A DNA stretch of 64,000 bases from an uncultured Anaerolineales bacterium (GTDB lineage Bacteria > Chloroflexota > Anaerolineae > Anaerolineales > UBA6663), in contig CAZSNP010000002.1 in assembly GCA_964608265.1 (NCBI GenBank), positions 41,387-105,386 of the forward strand, given 5' to 3'. Shown here piece by piece: positions 62,016-64,000 of this stretch; the first letter of the stretch is position 1; the number at the start of each line of letters is the position of its first letter. Under the pieces are notes generated by a model. The model was not told where the DNA came from and did not search any database. It was given only the letters and a program-made list of their open reading frames with translations. Position numbers and translations under genes: made by a program.

Positions 62016-63176
62016 TCAATCGGCATTTTGGCCCATCACAAACCGATACATGTCTACCGTTTGTTCAGCGATGCGGCGCTGGGTGAAGAGCGCCAGCACC
62101 CGGGCGCGCCCGGCGGCCGAAAGCTGAGCCCGCCGCTCCGCATTGCGCTGAAGGAGGCGCAGTTGGGCCGCGAGCGTTTCGACGTGTTCTTCCGGGAAGG
62201 TCAGGCCGGCCGCGCCGATGACGTTGGGGATCTCGCCGCACGTGGAGCCGACCACCGGCACGCCGCAGGCCATCGCCTCGATGAGCACGCGCCCGAATTG
62301 TTCCTTCCAGTTGGGCCGCGTGCGCGAGGGCAGCACGAGGCAATCGAGTCGCGAGTAGAACTCGGGCATAGCGGTCGAGGGCAGAGGTCGCTCAATCACG
62401 GCCCGCTCGCGCAACCCGTGTTGTGCGATGAGATGTTCGAGCAATCCATGTTCCGGCCCCGAACCGAGAATCCGCACCCGCACTTCGGGAACCTGTGCGG
62501 CGGCGAGCAGCAATATCTCCACACCCTTTTCGGGCACGAGGCGGCCGGCATAACCTGCGGTGAAGGGATGAGGGGACGATGTGACGGGGTGACGGGGTGA
62601 CGTCACCTCGCCACCTGTCACCCCGTCACTGTCTCGCCCGGATGTTGGCTTGAAGAGTTCCGGGTCGACACCGAACTGCGGGATGACGCGCACCGGCCCG
62701 CGATAGCCCTTCGCCCGCCACAGGGCTTCGGAATCCGCATTGCCCACGATAGCCGCGTCGGCCCGGTCGAGCACGGAGCGCTCTATCCAATTGAACGGTG
62801 GTGGGTAGCGCCGGTGCAGGTTCTGCCACGAGAAGAACAAAGCTTTCGCACCGTGCCGCTTTGCTGAACGCAACGCCAGCCACGTCGCCAGGTTGTACGG
62901 CTCCTCATCAATGTGAACGAGGTCGGGCTTCCAACGCGCTACTAACTCAGCGAAGCGCGGATAGAAGTGAAGATGAAAGTTGCCGTTGAAGAGGATGGGC
63001 GTCTCGATCAGAGCGTAGCCGTTCATGTGGGCGCGTTCGAGCGTTTGCACACCGCGCTCGTCGCGCCATTCGGGCGGCACAACCACCGTCAGCTCGACGC
63101 CGAGTGACGCGATCTCCTCCAGCTTGCGCTGGTACGCGCCGACGACGCACGCCTTGGAAAGCATGAGCACCCGCAT
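62016..63176 (-). CDS. glycosyltransferase family 4 (GT-B) carrying an in-frame repeat-derived insertion in the interdomain linker
   Basis: MRVLMLSKACVVGAYQRKLEEIA start. C-terminal GRLVPEKGVEILL...PS....WKEQFGRVLIEAMACGVPVVGS. Linker peptide SGRDSDGVTGGEVTSPRHPVTSSPHP is encoded by GTGACGGG repeats. Confidence 0.8.
   Translation of the reverse strand: MRVLMLSKACVVGAYQRKLEEIASLGVELTVVVPPEWRDERGVQTLERAHMNGYALIETPILFNGNFHLHFYPRFAELVARWKPDLVHIDEEPYNLATWLALRSAKRHGAKALFFSWQNLHRRYPPPFNWIERSVLDRADAAIVGNADSEALWRAKGYRGPVRVIPQFGVDPELFKPTSGRDSDGVTGGEVTSPRHPVTSSPHPFTAGYAGRLVPEKGVEILLLAAAQVPEVRVRILGSGPEHGLLEHLIAQHGLRERAVIERPLPSTAMPEFYSRLDCLVLPSRTRPNWKEQFGRVLIEAMACGVPVVGSTCGEIPNVIGAAGLTFPEEHVETLAAQLRLLQRNAERRAQLSAAGRARVLALFTQRRIAEQTVDMYRFVMGQNAD
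62581..62629. repeat. GTGACGGG tandem units with inverted partner inside the GT4 coding sequence
   Basis: GTGACGGG GTGACGGG GTGACG ... GTCACCCCGTCAC, which is the reverse complement of GTGACGGGGTGAC. Confidence 0.8.
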
Positions 63177-63377
63177 GGCGCGGCAGTATAGAGCAGTGGG
63201 TGCGGCTCAAGCAAACCAGACTCAAATCTTGAGGGCTACGGCGTAACAATCGCGTAAAAGTCTCTCGCAAACTGTTGACGTGTGATGAGACACACCTAGA
63301 ATGTTCCTATCGCAGATGGGGGTTCCCTCATCATAGGGATCACCGCCACCGCACGTTTGAACGATACGCGGGGTCGT

Positions 63378-64000
63378 ATGGAAAAAAAACCACAAAATCA
63401 TGGGGATTGGAAACGCACCGCGCATGTGTTGCCATTTGTGGTGGTGGTGTTGACACTGGCGGCACCGGTCAGTGCCCGCAGCGATTTACAATCCGCTTCA
63501 CCGACACCCGTTCCCAGCCGCAGCCTGCAATTTGATGGGGTCAACGACATCGCGCGCACCGTCAACCTGCCGCTGTTGACTCAGTTCACGGTCGAGGCCT
63601 GGGTGCGGCGCTCGGCCGACTCGAACAGCTACCAAACTTTCCTCTCGGATGCCAACAGTTCGTACGGGCAAGCCATGCTCACGCTGTTTGTGGATGGCGG
63701 CAACCAGAGCTGCTCGGGCGCAGCCGATCAGTTCGCCTACTACCAGCTCAACAACAATCAGACGCAATGCTCGGGCGTCACCGCAACCGTGGGGCAGTGG
63801 TTTCACGTGGCAGTCTCGCGCGACGCCAGCGGCACGCGCCGGCTGTTCGTGAACGGCGTTTTGCGCAGCACGCAGACCAACTCAGCCGCGCCCACCGATA
63901 GCAGCGGCGTGTTTGCCTTTGGCCGCGCCGGCGACTTCAACGGCGAATACTTCGCCGGACTGGTGGATGAGGCGCGCCTCTCCAATATCGCCGTTTACAC
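63378..64000 (+). CDS. secreted LamG/concanavalin-A-like lectin domain protein, 5' part (runs off right edge)
   Basis: Own translation from ATG 63378: MEKKPQNHGDWKRTAHVLPFVVVVLTLAAPVSA...SLQFDGVNDIARTV...FTVEAWVR...WFHVAVSRDASGTRRLFVNGVL...YFAGLVDEARLSNIAVY, the typical Laminin_G_3 pattern. Not in the track (no stop in the window). Confidence 0.7.
   Translation, partial: MEKKPQNHGDWKRTAHVLPFVVVVLTLAAPVSARSDLQSASPTPVPSRSLQFDGVNDIARTVNLPLLTQFTVEAWVRRSADSNSYQTFLSDANSSYGQAMLTLFVDGGNQSCSGAADQFAYYQLNNNQTQCSGVTATVGQWFHVAVSRDASGTRRLFVNGVLRSTQTNSAAPTDSSGVFAFGRAGDFNGEYFAGLVDEARLSNIAVY

Overview
GC-rich bacterial chromosomal window (60-nt lines counted by hand give about 70% G+C in typical genes), densely coded on both strands. 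All calls come from reading the sequence and recognising motifs; no search was run. Phylum is not determinable, though the repeat content and 4HB gene are reminiscent of Chloroflexota-like genomes (low confidence).

Content:
- Housekeeping genes: pfkA fragment, dnaE, mobA, priA, birA, gyrA, purA, and a methylmalonyl-CoA-mutase-type large subunit.
- A heavy signalling load: 4 receiver proteins, 4 histidine kinases, an ECF sigma/anti-sigma operon, three cNMP-linked proteins, and an MBL-STAS-pseudokinase fusion.
- A COG2308/COG2307/transglutaminase operon.
- EPS-type glycosyltransferases.
- A secreted NPP/5'-nucleotidase fusion.
- A low-GC Mrr restriction islet.
- No rRNA, tRNA, CRISPR array, transposase or integrase was recognised.

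Most unusual observations:
1. A four-helix-bundle (Avd/23S-IVS family) gene sits as a cassette between the ATP-grasp and alpha-E genes. It is bracketed by a 15/15 inverted repeat embedded in purine and pyrimidine tracts, and an 'empty' version of the same hairpin lies one gene further on.
2. A 185-200 bp MITE-like element has 18-bp terminal inverted repeats (3 copies). One copy carries a 10-bp target duplication and splits a nuclease pseudogene.
3. Several gene-decay or fusion events: an APH::ABC-2 permease chimera, a G6-run frameshift that removes a catalytic His, and a radical-SAM remnant.
4. An in-frame repeat insertion lies inside a glycosyltransferase.
5. At least 8 genes have a TAnnnT box 6-8 nt upstream of the ATG, a leaderless geometry. 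These coexist with strongly GGAGG-led genes.
6. A structured noncoding region of about 350 nt remains unassigned.

Many long ORFs in the track are antisense shadows typical of high-GC DNA and were rejected.
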